This document shows, in pieces, positions 1 through 8,437 of a stretch of DNA of 64,000 nucleotides. Under the pieces are notes generated by a model. That model was not told the origin of the DNA and made no database searches. It worked only from the letters and a program-made list of their open reading frames with translations. Position 1 is the stretch's first letter. Each line of letters starts with the position of its first letter. Origin of the DNA: Candidatus Giovannonibacteria bacterium RIFCSPLOWO2_02_FULL_43_54 (GTDB taxonomy: Bacteria > Patescibacteriota > Minisyncoccia > UBA11713 > 2-01-FULL-45-33); NCBI GenBank assembly GCA_001778875.1, contig MFIK01000041.1, forward strand, positions 2,033-66,032. Reading direction: 5' to 3'. The position numbers and the translations under genes were made by a program.

Positions 1-1725
1 AAGTATTACAAAAACTTTAGGTTTGATCTAGATTCAGTTTCCAGTATCAAAGCACTGCTTGATAGCGATCTGGCTTTTGCCGTCGAGTTATTCAAGGTAC
101 TTATCACAAGCGACTATATAAAAAATGGGAAGAGCGACCATTTCGGTGCGTACACTGTCGCGGCGTTGTTAAACGAGATCATCAGAAGAAATTATGCTAT
201 GGGATTGTCTATACTTCGCCTACTGGAGAAGGAAGAGAAGTTGAGCGATGACCAGCAAATTATTTATTCATTCAGCTTGTTCAATCATCACGGGAACGAT
301 GACTCGGACGATCAGGAATTGTTACTGAAGGTATATAACGAGGTAGTTAACCCATTCTTAAAAAAACACGGTGATGATATTGGTAAAATCTGCCAAAGAC
401 TAACAGACGCCAACTGTCGTGAAGCTTTTGTCCAGTTTGCGGCCAGACTAGCGGTCAAGAAAAAAATGGCCGATGCGTTAAGGATTATCCGTATTTTCGT
501 AAATGATCCTGATCCATATCTCCCAGGCAAAGACCCTCATGACCCCGAAGATAAATATAATGAACACAAGAGTGTTCTGGAAGGTAAGGAGCCAAGCTCG
601 ATTAGGTCGGTTCGTGGTTGGTGCGGTTGGGTTCTTATGAAATGCTCCGTTCTTGATGGACGGGATCAAGTTCCTGAAGTGATCGAGCTTACCAAAAAGT
701 TAATCAACGATGAAAATTACTATGCGATTCACATGGCCTGTTTTGCCCTCGGTCAAATAGCAAGAAATCGTCTTACTGTTTTGCCCTCTGACAAAAACAC
801 ACTCTTTTTTAACGATGAAAAAGAGAAAGCCCTGCGTATGGCAAAAGAAGTTGAAGCAATAGCCTTCGGGCTTTTAGACAGGCTTATTTCATGGCCAGCA
901 TTAGTGCAAAAAGCTATGACTAAAAGTATTCTGCATGTATTTGACCCACTCAGGGCACTTAATGAGAAAGACTCGCTTAAACTCATTACCACTCTCGCCA
1001 AGCTTCCAGCAGATGTAACAGAGGAATCTGCGCCGTTGTTTATTTATTGTGCCGAGTTCAGAAAGAATGCTTATAAGAATTGGCGATTCGGTATGCCTGG
1101 GCTATATGACGATCTCGGCCCGGAAAAGTATGACGAGGAAAGGTTTAAAAAAATCCTGATTGAGACGATCCAAGAACTGCAGAAAGAAGATCCTGATAGT
1201 TGTTTTCGGTTTGCGTCATCGGTTGAACATGCGATGCGAGAAGCATCGGGTGACGAGATCGAAAGGAATACTGAATTAGCGCTCGAATATCTCAATCTAC
1301 TTTCAAGCGTCTATGCCCACAATATTTTTACCCTGATTTATCAAGTTGCCGAAAGGAAACTCGGGAGCCCAGATAAATATATTAATAGATGGTTTGTTTT
1401 ATTTAACAAATGTCTTGAAATAGAAAAGGGATTTTACGAGAAACAGGTAAAGAGTGGCAATGTAGCAAATGTCCGTTGGTACCCAACTTTATATCACTCG
1501 AGAATTATGGAGTTAATTAATGAGAAATTGGGACAAGACAAATTTATGCAGGCCGCTAAAATATTTTTCGCGTTTCCGAAAGAAATTGACCTTCATGAGT
1601 CAACGGGGTTAGTATCTGCTATTGAAGAAATCGCGAAAACCGACAAAGATGCTAAAAAGATAATTTCTTCACTACTGGATAAGAATCCAAGTAAGTATTG
1701 GCACCTGAAGAATAAAATGAAATGA
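1..1725 (+). CDS. Large all-alpha repeat protein (HEAT/ARM-like), 5-prime partial; the reading frame stays open upstream of the listed TTG at 166 all the way to the window edge
   Basis: 519-aa ORF in the track; in-frame translation upstream of 166 has no stop back to position 1; helix-rich, acidic and Lys-rich composition; 4-nt overlap (ATGA) with the next gene. Confidence 0.5.
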   Translation, partial: KYYKNFRFDLDSVSSIKALLDSDLAFAVELFKVLITSDYIKNGKSDHFGAYTVAALLNEIIRRNYAMGLSILRLLEKEEKLSDDQQIIYSFSLFNHHGNDDSDDQELLLKVYNEVVNPFLKKHGDDIGKICQRLTDANCREAFVQFAARLAVKKKMADALRIIRIFVNDPDPYLPGKDPHDPEDKYNEHKSVLEGKEPSSIRSVRGWCGWVLMKCSVLDGRDQVPEVIELTKKLINDENYYAIHMACFALGQIARNRLTVLPSDKNTLFFNDEKEKALRMAKEVEAIAFGLLDRLISWPALVQKAMTKSILHVFDPLRALNEKDSLKLITTLAKLPADVTEESAPLFIYCAEFRKNAYKNWRFGMPGLYDDLGPEKYDEERFKKILIETIQELQKEDPDSCFRFASSVEHAMREASGDEIERNTELALEYLNLLSSVYAHNIFTLIYQVAERKLGSPDKYINRWFVLFNKCLEIEKGFYEKQVKSGNVANVRWYPTLYHSRIMELINEKLGQDKFMQAAKIFFAFPKEIDLHESTGLVSAIEEIAKTDKDAKKIISSLLDKNPSKYWHLKNKMK

Positions 1726-2372
1726 TGGAAATAGCCGCGATAATTTTATCAATAATTGCCCTCATTCCCTTCTGCGCATATCTCTGGTTGAGATGGTTTT
1801 ATTCGCCGAAAATTATTATCAAAGTTGGCGGAGACCAACAGGGCATGGAGCCGATACAACTATCAGAAAAAGGCAATGTACCATTTGGGATTTCTACGAG
1901 ATCAAAGTTAAAAACATTTATTTCCGAAGTATGGGTGAGTTTTGATGATGACTGTGTTGATTTATCTAAGACAAAAGGTGGTGAAAAAAGAATTACTACA
2001 GACAATCAATTCCCAATGGCTATTCTTTTTTCTGAAAGACGCACAGTAAAACAGGGTTACTTACAAACGAACTATTTTGATTATGAGCCGAAGATCGATA
2101 ACTTTTCTGTGAAAATTATTGTAGGGGCAGAGACCGATGAAACAGAGTTGCCATTCCTGTTAAATATGTTCCCAGCGCCGAGGGTTACCGCAGAACGCCT
2201 TATTAGGTTTAAGGTTGCGAAAGGGATGGGACACGACTTGAAAAAGCTTGGACTAACAATTGGGCCTGGCGAATCAATACAAAGTGAAGGCATTCAGTCG
2301 CAAGGATCATTCTGGGCGGTTGCTGACAAGGGTGTAGTACAAGTAAAAGTTCGCGAAATAATCAAAGATTAA
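1722..2372 (+). CDS. Membrane-anchored hypothetical protein (N-terminal transmembrane helix plus soluble domain)
   Basis: 216-aa ORF; N-terminal hydrophobic helix IAAIILSIIALIPFCAYLWL; start overlaps the upstream stop, so translationally coupled. Confidence 0.5.
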   Translation: MMEIAAIILSIIALIPFCAYLWLRWFYSPKIIIKVGGDQQGMEPIQLSEKGNVPFGISTRSKLKTFISEVWVSFDDDCVDLSKTKGGEKRITTDNQFPMAILFSERRTVKQGYLQTNYFDYEPKIDNFSVKIIVGAETDETELPFLLNMFPAPRVTAERLIRFKVAKGMGHDLKKLGLTIGPGESIQSEGIQSQGSFWAVADKGVVQVKVREIIKD

Positions 2373-2376
2373 AGTC

Positions 2377-2559
2377 ATGCTTCCACAAAAGGCAATTGAA
2401 GAATTTAAGAAGATTTATAAAAAATCCTACGGAGTGGAGCTTTCGGATGAGGAAGCCACGGATAAGGCCAACAGGTTGGTAAATTTGTATAAGGCGGTTT
2501 ACTCTGACGAGGTGTGGAAATTGCCGAAAGATTTGAACGGGGAAATACCAAAGAAGTGA
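2377..2559 (+). CDS. Small hypothetical protein (60 aa)
   Basis: ORF directly follows the upstream gene; no recognisable motif. Confidence 0.3.
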   Translation: MLPQKAIEEFKKIYKKSYGVELSDEEATDKANRLVNLYKAVYSDEVWKLPKDLNGEIPKK

Positions 2560-2597
2560 TTTGACCAGTGGTTGTCGCAAGGTAATATACCCCCGCT

Positions 2598-2750
2598 ATG
2601 AAAAAAACGGATTTCGGGGATATTATCGAAGTGGTTATTCTCTTGGCAGTTCTTGTTGTCGGGTTTTTCTACACCGCTTATGGCCTCTTTGATACGGGTT
2701 CTATTTCGGGTTCTCGTAGTCGCTACTACGAAGCGCGCGAGAACTTCTAA
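2598..2750 (+). CDS. Possible 50-aa single-helix membrane microprotein (MKKTDFGDIIEVVILLAVLVVGFFYTAYGLF...)
   Basis: ATG-initiated ORF with one clear hydrophobic helix; below the 60-aa track cutoff, so translated by hand; its 3-prime end contains nested hairpins, so it may instead be part of a non-coding element. Confidence 0.25.
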   Translation: MKKTDFGDIIEVVILLAVLVVGFFYTAYGLFDTGSISGSRSRYYEARENF

Positions 2751-3040
2751 CAAGCTCTCACAAATCGTCAAAACTGGGTCAATCTGGCGACAGTGGTACA
2801 AAGCTCTGGCCCGTGGGCAATCGCTCGCCACGGGGGCAAAAACAGGGCAACCCGCTTGGGTTGAGTGGGTCAGTGCCTTAACATTCGGCAGAAATTCGGC
2901 AATAATGGTTATGCTGGTTGGCTTGCGTAGTATTTCATGGTTTCCGAGTTGATAAGGATGTGCCAATCGTACAATTCCTTGAGAACCCGGTTCCACTGGG
3001 TTCGCATTAAGTCCACCATAAGATACTCTGTTAAAACTTT
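2751..3040. other. GC-rich (~50%) non-coding island with several hairpins; candidate structured RNA or gene remnant
   Basis: Local GC well above surroundings; the only ORFs through it are low-complexity overlapping ones; hairpins such as CCCGTGG(gcaatcgctcg)CCACGGG; no RNase P, SRP or tmRNA signature recognisable. Confidence 0.25.
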
Positions 3041-3042
3041 GT

Positions 3043-3573
3043 ATGAACAAAACAAATCTTGAACTAAAACACCATTGCTCTGACTTTGTAAGCGTAAGAA
3101 AAGTTTTGAGTAAGATAGGGGCGAAAAAAGAAGTTGTAAAAAGACAAGTAGATTACTTTTTTGAGTTACCCAATAAACGTGGAGGCACTTCTCCGCGACT
3201 GAAGTTACGCGTAGAAGGAAAAGTAAAAACTCTGATTTATTACGAGAGACCAGATTTTGTGAAAGCAAAGGACACGACTTCTGATATAAAGCTATATGAT
3301 GTAAAAGATAATAACTTGCTTCCGTTCTTGAAACGGTCACTTGGTACAAAAGCAGTCGTTGATAAAAAACGTGAGGTGTGGAGAAAAACGAATACTGTTT
3401 TTCATATAGACAATGTAAAAGGTGTTGGTGGTATTTTTGAAATAGAATTGCAAAAGAAGGGTAAAATAACCGAAAACGACAGGAAACTATTTGCTTATTA
3501 TCAAAAAGAGTTACTTCCATATTTGGGTAAAGTGATAAAAGGTTCTAATGTTGACCTAGTGCCAAAGAAGTAA
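3043..3573 (+). CDS. CYTH-domain protein (CyaB-like class IV adenylyl cyclase / triphosphatase fold)
   Basis: 176 aa; N-terminal ExExK-type motif (LELKHH), central basic residues (RLKLRVEGK), C-terminal acidic strand (IFEIELQ), matching the CYTH family pattern and size. Confidence 0.6.
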   Translation: MNKTNLELKHHCSDFVSVRKVLSKIGAKKEVVKRQVDYFFELPNKRGGTSPRLKLRVEGKVKTLIYYERPDFVKAKDTTSDIKLYDVKDNNLLPFLKRSLGTKAVVDKKREVWRKTNTVFHIDNVKGVGGIFEIELQKKGKITENDRKLFAYYQKELLPYLGKVIKGSNVDLVPKK

Positions 3574-3685
3574 GTTCAAGTCGTAGCTCATTCCACAACC
3601 TGAGTTCGGCTACTAAAGAGTTCCAACTAAACCTAATGTAGTCCAAAACATCGTAATTACATCAATTTTATGTTATTATCTCAAT

Positions 3686-4021
3686 ATGAAATATAAAAAT
3701 ACCCTCAAAAAAGGCTCTGTGCGTTTTTTGATTTTTCGCGACGGGGAATCCTATTTTGGGGTCGCTTTGGAATTTAATGTTGTTGTTGAAGCGGCAAATC
3801 CCCAGGAAGCATACATTTTCTTAAATGAGGCGGCCTCGGGTTATTTGGAATCCGCAAGAAAAGCTAAATTAAGACCGATTGTTTTAAACCAAAAACCGGA
3901 GGTTGAATACGAAAAAATGTGGCAGGCAAATCAGGATACTAAATTGAAAGCAAAATACGAAAAGATAGTAAACAACTTGCCGATTTTTAGTTCGGGCGTG
4001 CTGGATCTTGCAGTAAGATAG
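3686..4021 (+). CDS. hicB: HicB-family antitoxin (UPF0150-like)
   Basis: 111 aa; pattern DGESYFGVALEFNVVVEAANPQEA...AASGYLE fits the HicB N-terminal domain; immediately upstream of the hicA-like reading frames. Confidence 0.5.
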   Translation: MKYKNTLKKGSVRFLIFRDGESYFGVALEFNVVVEAANPQEAYIFLNEAASGYLESARKAKLRPIVLNQKPEVEYEKMWQANQDTKLKAKYEKIVNNLPIFSSGVLDLAVR

Positions 4022-4024
4022 ATT

Positions 4025-4268
4025 ATGCCGCGAGGACTCAACAATTGGACATTTAAAGATATCGTAGATTTTCTAAAGAGAAATGGTTTCCGGCAGGCTC
4101 ATTCTCGCGGAAGCCATTTTTATTATGTCGGCCGTTCCGGCGGCGAACTACGCCAGACGCATATTCAATATCATGGCCAAAAATCTATTCACCCCCCGCA
4201 CACTTAAAGCGGTTATCAAACAATCTGGCATTCCGCAATCGGAATGGATTAAATGGGGAAACGGATAA
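4025..4268 (+). pseudogene. hicA: HicA-family toxin gene disrupted by a +1 frameshift in an A5 tract (about 4179-4183)
   Basis: N-terminal half (FKDIVDFLKRNGFRQAHSRGSHFYYVG...) in the frame of ORF 4025..4207; conserved HicA C-terminus (FTPRTLKAVIKQSGI) in the frame of ORF 4083..4268; A4 or A7 at the A5 run would restore one ~80-aa HicA. Confidence 0.55.
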
Positions 4269-4281
4269 ATATAAATAATTT

Positions 4282-4434
4282 ATGCTAAAAAAAATAATCG
4301 GAGTACTTGCAATCATTGTCGGCGTTTTGGCTTTGGTTACGCCTTTCACGCCCGGCGCATGGCTTATTATTATCGGTCTTGGAATTCTCGGTTTCAGAAT
4401 GTTATTTTGGGAAAAAATTAAAAAACGCGTTTAG
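4282..4434 (+). CDS. Small two-helix membrane protein (50 aa; PGPGW-like motif TPFTPGAWLIIIGLGILG)
   Basis: Hand-translated ATG ORF below the track cutoff; two hydrophobic segments. Confidence 0.3.
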   Translation: MLKKIIGVLAIIVGVLALVTPFTPGAWLIIIGLGILGFRMLFWEKIKKRV

Positions 4435-4516
4435 CCAAAATTTTCGAGTTGATTTCGTCCGGAATTAGCGCTACCATTTTTAGAGTTATTTTTTGCGTGT
4501 TAAAAGGGGGCTAAAA

Positions 4517-4819
4517 TTGAAAAGCGAAAGAAAAAGAATAAAGAAAGAAACAAAAAATGCCCAAAAAATAAAAGCCACAGAAATTTCCGCAAAAGAAAAA
4601 GACGCCGAAGAAAAGGCATGGGACGCGGTTTGGGAAGCGAAAAAAAGGCAAAACGAGGCCACGGCTGAATATCGGAAAAGCCGAGGCACGAATGAGTTTT
4701 TGGATAATTTGCAAAAAGTGCAAAAAGCGGCTGATGATTTTATAAAAGCACACTCCGCGTGGGAGGCAGAAGTAAGAGAAAAGAAGATGCGGCAAAACAT
4801 ATACGGTCCCGCCAACTAA
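4517..4819 (+). CDS. Lys/Glu-rich coiled-coil-like hypothetical protein
   Basis: ORF 4493..4819 in the track; TTG at 4517 is preceded by a strong Shine-Dalgarno AAGGGGG; highly charged low-complexity protein. Confidence 0.4.
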   Translation: MKSERKRIKKETKNAQKIKATEISAKEKDAEEKAWDAVWEAKKRQNEATAEYRKSRGTNEFLDNLQKVQKAADDFIKAHSAWEAEVREKKMRQNIYGPAN

Positions 4820-4830
4820 AAAGCGGGACC
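4805..4830 (+). terminator. Stem-loop GGTCCCGC(caactaaaaa)GCGGGACC at the end of the upstream gene, just before tig
   Basis: Perfect 8-bp inverted repeat; no clear T-run, so attenuator or processing site rather than a strong terminator. Confidence 0.3.
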
Positions 4831-4842
4831 ATTCATCAAAAC

Positions 4843-5802
4843 ATGACAAACATAAAAAAAATAGGAGATTCTCAAGTTGAAATAGAGCACGAAGTGCCGG
4901 CGGAAGAATTCGACCGGTTTTTTAAGCTGGCGCTCAAAGATTTTCGGGAAAAAGTCGAATTGCCGGGCTTCAGAAAAGGAACGGTACCCGAGCGCATGGT
5001 TTTAGAAAAGATCGGGGATGCTATGGTTTTGGAGAGCGCGGCGGAACTTGCAATCAAAGATCTTTGGCCAAAAATTCTTCTGGAAGAAAAAATAGAGGCG
5101 ATAGGGCGGCCTGAATTTAGCATTACAAAGTTGGCCAAGGGAAATCCGCTGGGGCTGAAAATAAAAACTTCGGTGCTCCGGCCCATCGAATTGGCGGATT
5201 ATAAAAATATCGCAAAGGAAGCTAACTCGGCGAAAATCGAAGAAGCGGACATAAGCGACGCGGAGATAATTGAAACACTCGAGATGCTTAAAAAAAATAA
5301 TCCGGCGAGGCAGGTAGATGAAGAAAAAATGAAGGATGCCGTCCGCAAAAATCTGGAACTTGAGAAAAAAAGAAAGGCAAAAGACAAGCACCGCATGGAT
5401 CTTTTGGATAAAATAGTTAACAATTCAAAAATTATTGTTCCCGACATACTCGCTATTTCGGAACTGGAAAAAATGGAGCTTGAACTGAAAAACTCGTTAA
5501 AAGATATGGGGCTTAAATGGGAAGATTATCTGGCTCATGTTAAAAAAACAGAGACCGAACTGAAAGACGGCTGGAAAGACGATGCCCTAAAACGAGCAAA
5601 ATTCGGGTTGGTTTTGAGGGAGATCGCCTCACGCGAAAACCTTGTTACGCCGGAAAAAGACCTTGATTCGCAGGTTGATAAGATATTGCTCGAGGCTAGC
5701 GAGGAGGACAGAAAAAAAACATCGCGCGCCGACTTGAAAGAGCACATTTTCGGGAGACTCCAAAACGAGATGGTTCTTGCTTTGTTGGAAAATTTGAAGT
5801 AG
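4843..5802 (+). CDS. tig: Trigger factor, short form (ribosome-binding N domain plus C-terminal arm domain; PPIase domain apparently absent)
   Basis: Conserved N-domain motif LPGFRKGTVPERMVLEKIG (the GFRxGxxP signature); classic tig-clpP synteny; 320 aa versus ~430 aa typical. Confidence 0.8.
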   Translation: MTNIKKIGDSQVEIEHEVPAEEFDRFFKLALKDFREKVELPGFRKGTVPERMVLEKIGDAMVLESAAELAIKDLWPKILLEEKIEAIGRPEFSITKLAKGNPLGLKIKTSVLRPIELADYKNIAKEANSAKIEEADISDAEIIETLEMLKKNNPARQVDEEKMKDAVRKNLELEKKRKAKDKHRMDLLDKIVNNSKIIVPDILAISELEKMELELKNSLKDMGLKWEDYLAHVKKTETELKDGWKDDALKRAKFGLVLREIASRENLVTPEKDLDSQVDKILLEASEEDRKKTSRADLKEHIFGRLQNEMVLALLENLK

Positions 5803-5810
5803 AATTGTTT

Positions 5811-5850
5811 TAATTAGTATATTAGTAGCTTATTTGTAATTAGTATATTA
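5811..5850 (+). promoter_or_regulatory. Two direct copies of TAATTAGTATATTA (5811-5824 and 5837-5850) abutting the first ATG of clpP; candidate operator or promoter element
   Basis: Exact 14-bp direct repeat separated by 12 bp in the tig-clpP intergenic region. Confidence 0.35.
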
Positions 5851-6470
5851 TGGAAGATGAAATGTACAATACTTACTTAATACCGACGGTCATCGAAAAA
5901 GAGCAAGGCGGGGAAAGAGCTTATGATATTTATTCCAGACTTTTGAAAGATAGGATAGTTTTTTTGGGCGGCCCGATCATGGACCCCGTCGCGAATACGG
6001 TTATCGCCCAATTATTGTTTTTGGAATTACAGGATCAGAAAAAAGATATCTGGCTATATATAAATTCCCCCGGCGGTTCGGTTTCGGCAACTTTGGCGAT
6101 CTATGACACTATGCAACACATCAAGCCGGACGTGGCGACGCTTTGCGTGGGTTTCGCCGCATCGGGCGCCGCCATCTTGCTTACGGGAGGCGCGAAAGGC
6201 AAACGCTTCGCGCTCCCAAATGCCGAAGTAATGATTCACCAGGTTTTAGGTGGCACGGAAGGCCAGGCTTCGGATATCGCGATAGACGCGAAGCATATAG
6301 TTCATGTCAAGGAAAAAATAAGTAAAATTTTAGCCAAACATACCGGGAAGCCGTTGTCCGAGATCGAGCGCGACTCCGACCGCAATTTTTATATGGATGC
6401 GGAAGACGCGAAAAAATACGGTCTGGTGGACGAGATAGTGAAATCGAAGAACGGAATACACAAAAAATAA
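5850..6470 (+). CDS. clpP: ATP-dependent Clp protease proteolytic subunit
   Basis: Full-length homology including YINSPGGSV and catalytic Ser/His/Asp context; 206 aa. Confidence 0.95.
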   Translation: MEDEMYNTYLIPTVIEKEQGGERAYDIYSRLLKDRIVFLGGPIMDPVANTVIAQLLFLELQDQKKDIWLYINSPGGSVSATLAIYDTMQHIKPDVATLCVGFAASGAAILLTGGAKGKRFALPNAEVMIHQVLGGTEGQASDIAIDAKHIVHVKEKISKILAKHTGKPLSEIERDSDRNFYMDAEDAKKYGLVDEIVKSKNGIHKK

Positions 6471-6476
6471 CGCGAT

Positions 6477-6510
6477 AAAAAAATCTCTCAGTTGGCTTGA
6501 GAGATTTTAA
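6477..6510. terminator. Bidirectional intrinsic terminator between convergent clpP and ftsH
   Basis: AAATCTCTCA(gttggct)TGAGAGATTT, a 10-bp stem, flanked by an A-run and a T-run. Confidence 0.6.
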
Positions 6511-8356
6511 ATTGTTTAACTATATTGTTTACTTCCTCTCCAGTGAGAGTTTCTTTTTCTAAAAGCGCGCTTGCAAGCGCTTCCAAAATATTCCGGTTTG
6601 CGGCCAAAACATCCGTTGCTTTGCGATAAGCCTTGTCAATGATTTGTTTTTTTTCTTCATCGATCGTTTGAGCGGTTTTTTCGGAATAATCCTGGGCACC
6701 CTGTATTTGAAATCCTAAATATTCATGTTCTCTGTCCTTACCATAATTTAACGGGCCGAGTTTTTCGGACATTCCCCATTTTTTTACCATATTGGACGCA
6801 AGTTCAGTCGCTCTCTCAATATCGTTGCGAGCTCCGGTGGAAATGTCTTTGAAAACAAGTTCTTCCGCGCATCTTCCTCCCATCATCATCGGAAGCAACG
6901 CTTCCAGATACGATTTTGTGTAGTTGTGCCGTTCCTCTTCTGGTAATGTGCCGGTAAGACCCAAACTCATGCCGCGCGGGATAATCGTAACTTTATGGAC
7001 AGGATCGTTTCCTGGCACGAATTTCGCGACCAATGTGTGTCCCGCTTCGTGATAAGCGGTAACTTTTTTTACGGCCGGAGACATAACCATCGATTTTCTT
7101 TCGGCACCGCCCATTATGATCTTGTCTTTTGCTTCCTCAAGATCACTATTGGTTATGGTTTCCTGCTCTTTTTGAGCGGCTTTAAGCGCAGCTTCGTTTA
7201 AAAGATTTTCCAAGTCAGCCCCGACAAACCCCGGCGTGCCTTTTGCGATGGCAGTCAGATTTGCGTTTTCCGCGAGAGGTTTTTTTCTTGCGTGGACTTT
7301 CAAAATTTCTTCTCTTCCCTTAACATCCGGCCGTGGCACGACCACATGCCTATCGAATCTGCCCGGGCGCAATAGCGCGAAATCAAGTGTTTCCGGGCGG
7401 TTAGTTGCCGCCATAATAATTATTCCCACGTTTGGATCAAACCCGTCCATCTCGACCATCAGCTGGTTTAGTGTCTGCTCCTGTTCAGTATGCCCTCCGC
7501 CAATTATCATTCCACGTTTTCCTCCTATGGCGTCGATTTCATCGATGAAAATAATTGAAGGGGCGTTTTTTTTCGCGTTCTCGAAAAGGTCGCGCACCCG
7601 GCTTGCGCCTACTCCCACGAACATCTCGACAAACTCGGAGCCAGATAAGCTAAAAAATGCTACGCCCGCTTCTCCTGCAACCGCGCGCGCGAGAAGGGTT
7701 TTCCCCGTTCCAGGGGGCCCGATGAGCAAGACTCCTTTCGGCATCCGGCCGCCCAATCTGGTAAATTTTTTTGGGTCTTTGAGAAAATTAATCATTTCAA
7801 CAAGCTCTTCTTTTGATTCATCCACTCCGGCAACGTCCGCGAAAGTTACTTGGTGCCCCACGCTCATCTTTGCTTTGCTTTTTCCAAAATTCATGATCCC
7901 GCCAATACCGCCAGCACTCACACCTCCGCCCATTTTACGCATAAAGAAAATCCATATGAAGATGAAAAGCAACATCGGCGCCCAATTTATTAGTATGGAC
8001 ATGAGCCACGATGTTTCCCGAATCGGCCTCGGAAATATTTTGATCTTCGGTTTAGCGCGCAAGATATCCATAAATGCCGGGAGTGCGGCGTTGTTTACAA
8101 AAACATTATACGACGCATCTTTGCCGTCCTTGTCTTTCACACAGCAGCCTGTTATTTCGCTTCCGCCTTTTTCCGTAGATTGTATGACAATGGACTGAAA
8201 TTTATCGCTTTCCACCGTGCGGAGAAATTCATTGTAGTCTATGGATATTGGAGAATCGGTTTGAGATTGCTGGACGAAAGCATTCCAGATTATTAATGCG
8301 AACAAAATAAACAAGATGTATGACAACAGGCCGGATTTCTTCGGCTGATCATTCAT
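6488..8356 (-). CDS. ftsH: ATP-dependent zinc metalloprotease FtsH
   Basis: N-terminal transmembrane segments; AAA Walker A GPPGTGKT; second-region-of-homology; HEAGH zinc motif; 622 aa. Confidence 0.95.
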   Translation of the reverse strand: MNDQPKKSGLLSYILFILFALIIWNAFVQQSQTDSPISIDYNEFLRTVESDKFQSIVIQSTEKGGSEITGCCVKDKDGKDASYNVFVNNAALPAFMDILRAKPKIKIFPRPIRETSWLMSILINWAPMLLFIFIWIFFMRKMGGGVSAGGIGGIMNFGKSKAKMSVGHQVTFADVAGVDESKEELVEMINFLKDPKKFTRLGGRMPKGVLLIGPPGTGKTLLARAVAGEAGVAFFSLSGSEFVEMFVGVGASRVRDLFENAKKNAPSIIFIDEIDAIGGKRGMIIGGGHTEQEQTLNQLMVEMDGFDPNVGIIIMAATNRPETLDFALLRPGRFDRHVVVPRPDVKGREEILKVHARKKPLAENANLTAIAKGTPGFVGADLENLLNEAALKAAQKEQETITNSDLEEAKDKIIMGGAERKSMVMSPAVKKVTAYHEAGHTLVAKFVPGNDPVHKVTIIPRGMSLGLTGTLPEEERHNYTKSYLEALLPMMMGGRCAEELVFKDISTGARNDIERATELASNMVKKWGMSEKLGPLNYGKDREHEYLGFQIQGAQDYSEKTAQTIDEEKKQIIDKAYRKATDVLAANRNILEALASALLEKETLTGEEVNNIVKQFKISQAN

Positions 8357-8437
8357 TTAAATACAAAGAACCTCCCTGATTTGTATCAGGATGAGAGAAA
8401 AAAATCAAGGAAACCCCGCAACAATGAGCGGGACAGG

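Noticed and set aside
2580-3040. tmRNA or RNase P RNA in the GC-rich island (a GGATTTCGGGG box and a 3-prime CCACCA-like end)
   Set aside because: No foldable tRNA-like acceptor or T-arm at the ends, no tag reading frame ending in ALAA-like residues, and no RNase P CR-I/CR-IV (GGAAAGTCCGGGC / ACAGAACCCGGCTTA) or SRP (GGAAGGAAGCAG) signatures on either strand
4804-4842. Strong terminator separating the Lys-rich ORF from tig
   Set aside because: The GC hairpin has no following T-run; more likely an attenuator or processing structure, so the two genes may still be co-transcribed
7236-8198. 320-aa plus-strand ORF inside ftsH, and similar long antisense ORFs (10177-10989 in rny, 24715-25332 in the LysM gene, 28995-29483 in the mutase, 46124-46702 in nusA, 60434-60985 in pnp, 2909-3520 opposite the CYTH gene)
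   Set aside because: They lie entirely within well-supported genes on the opposite strand and have low-complexity Ser/Pro/Arg-rich translations typical of shadow ORFs
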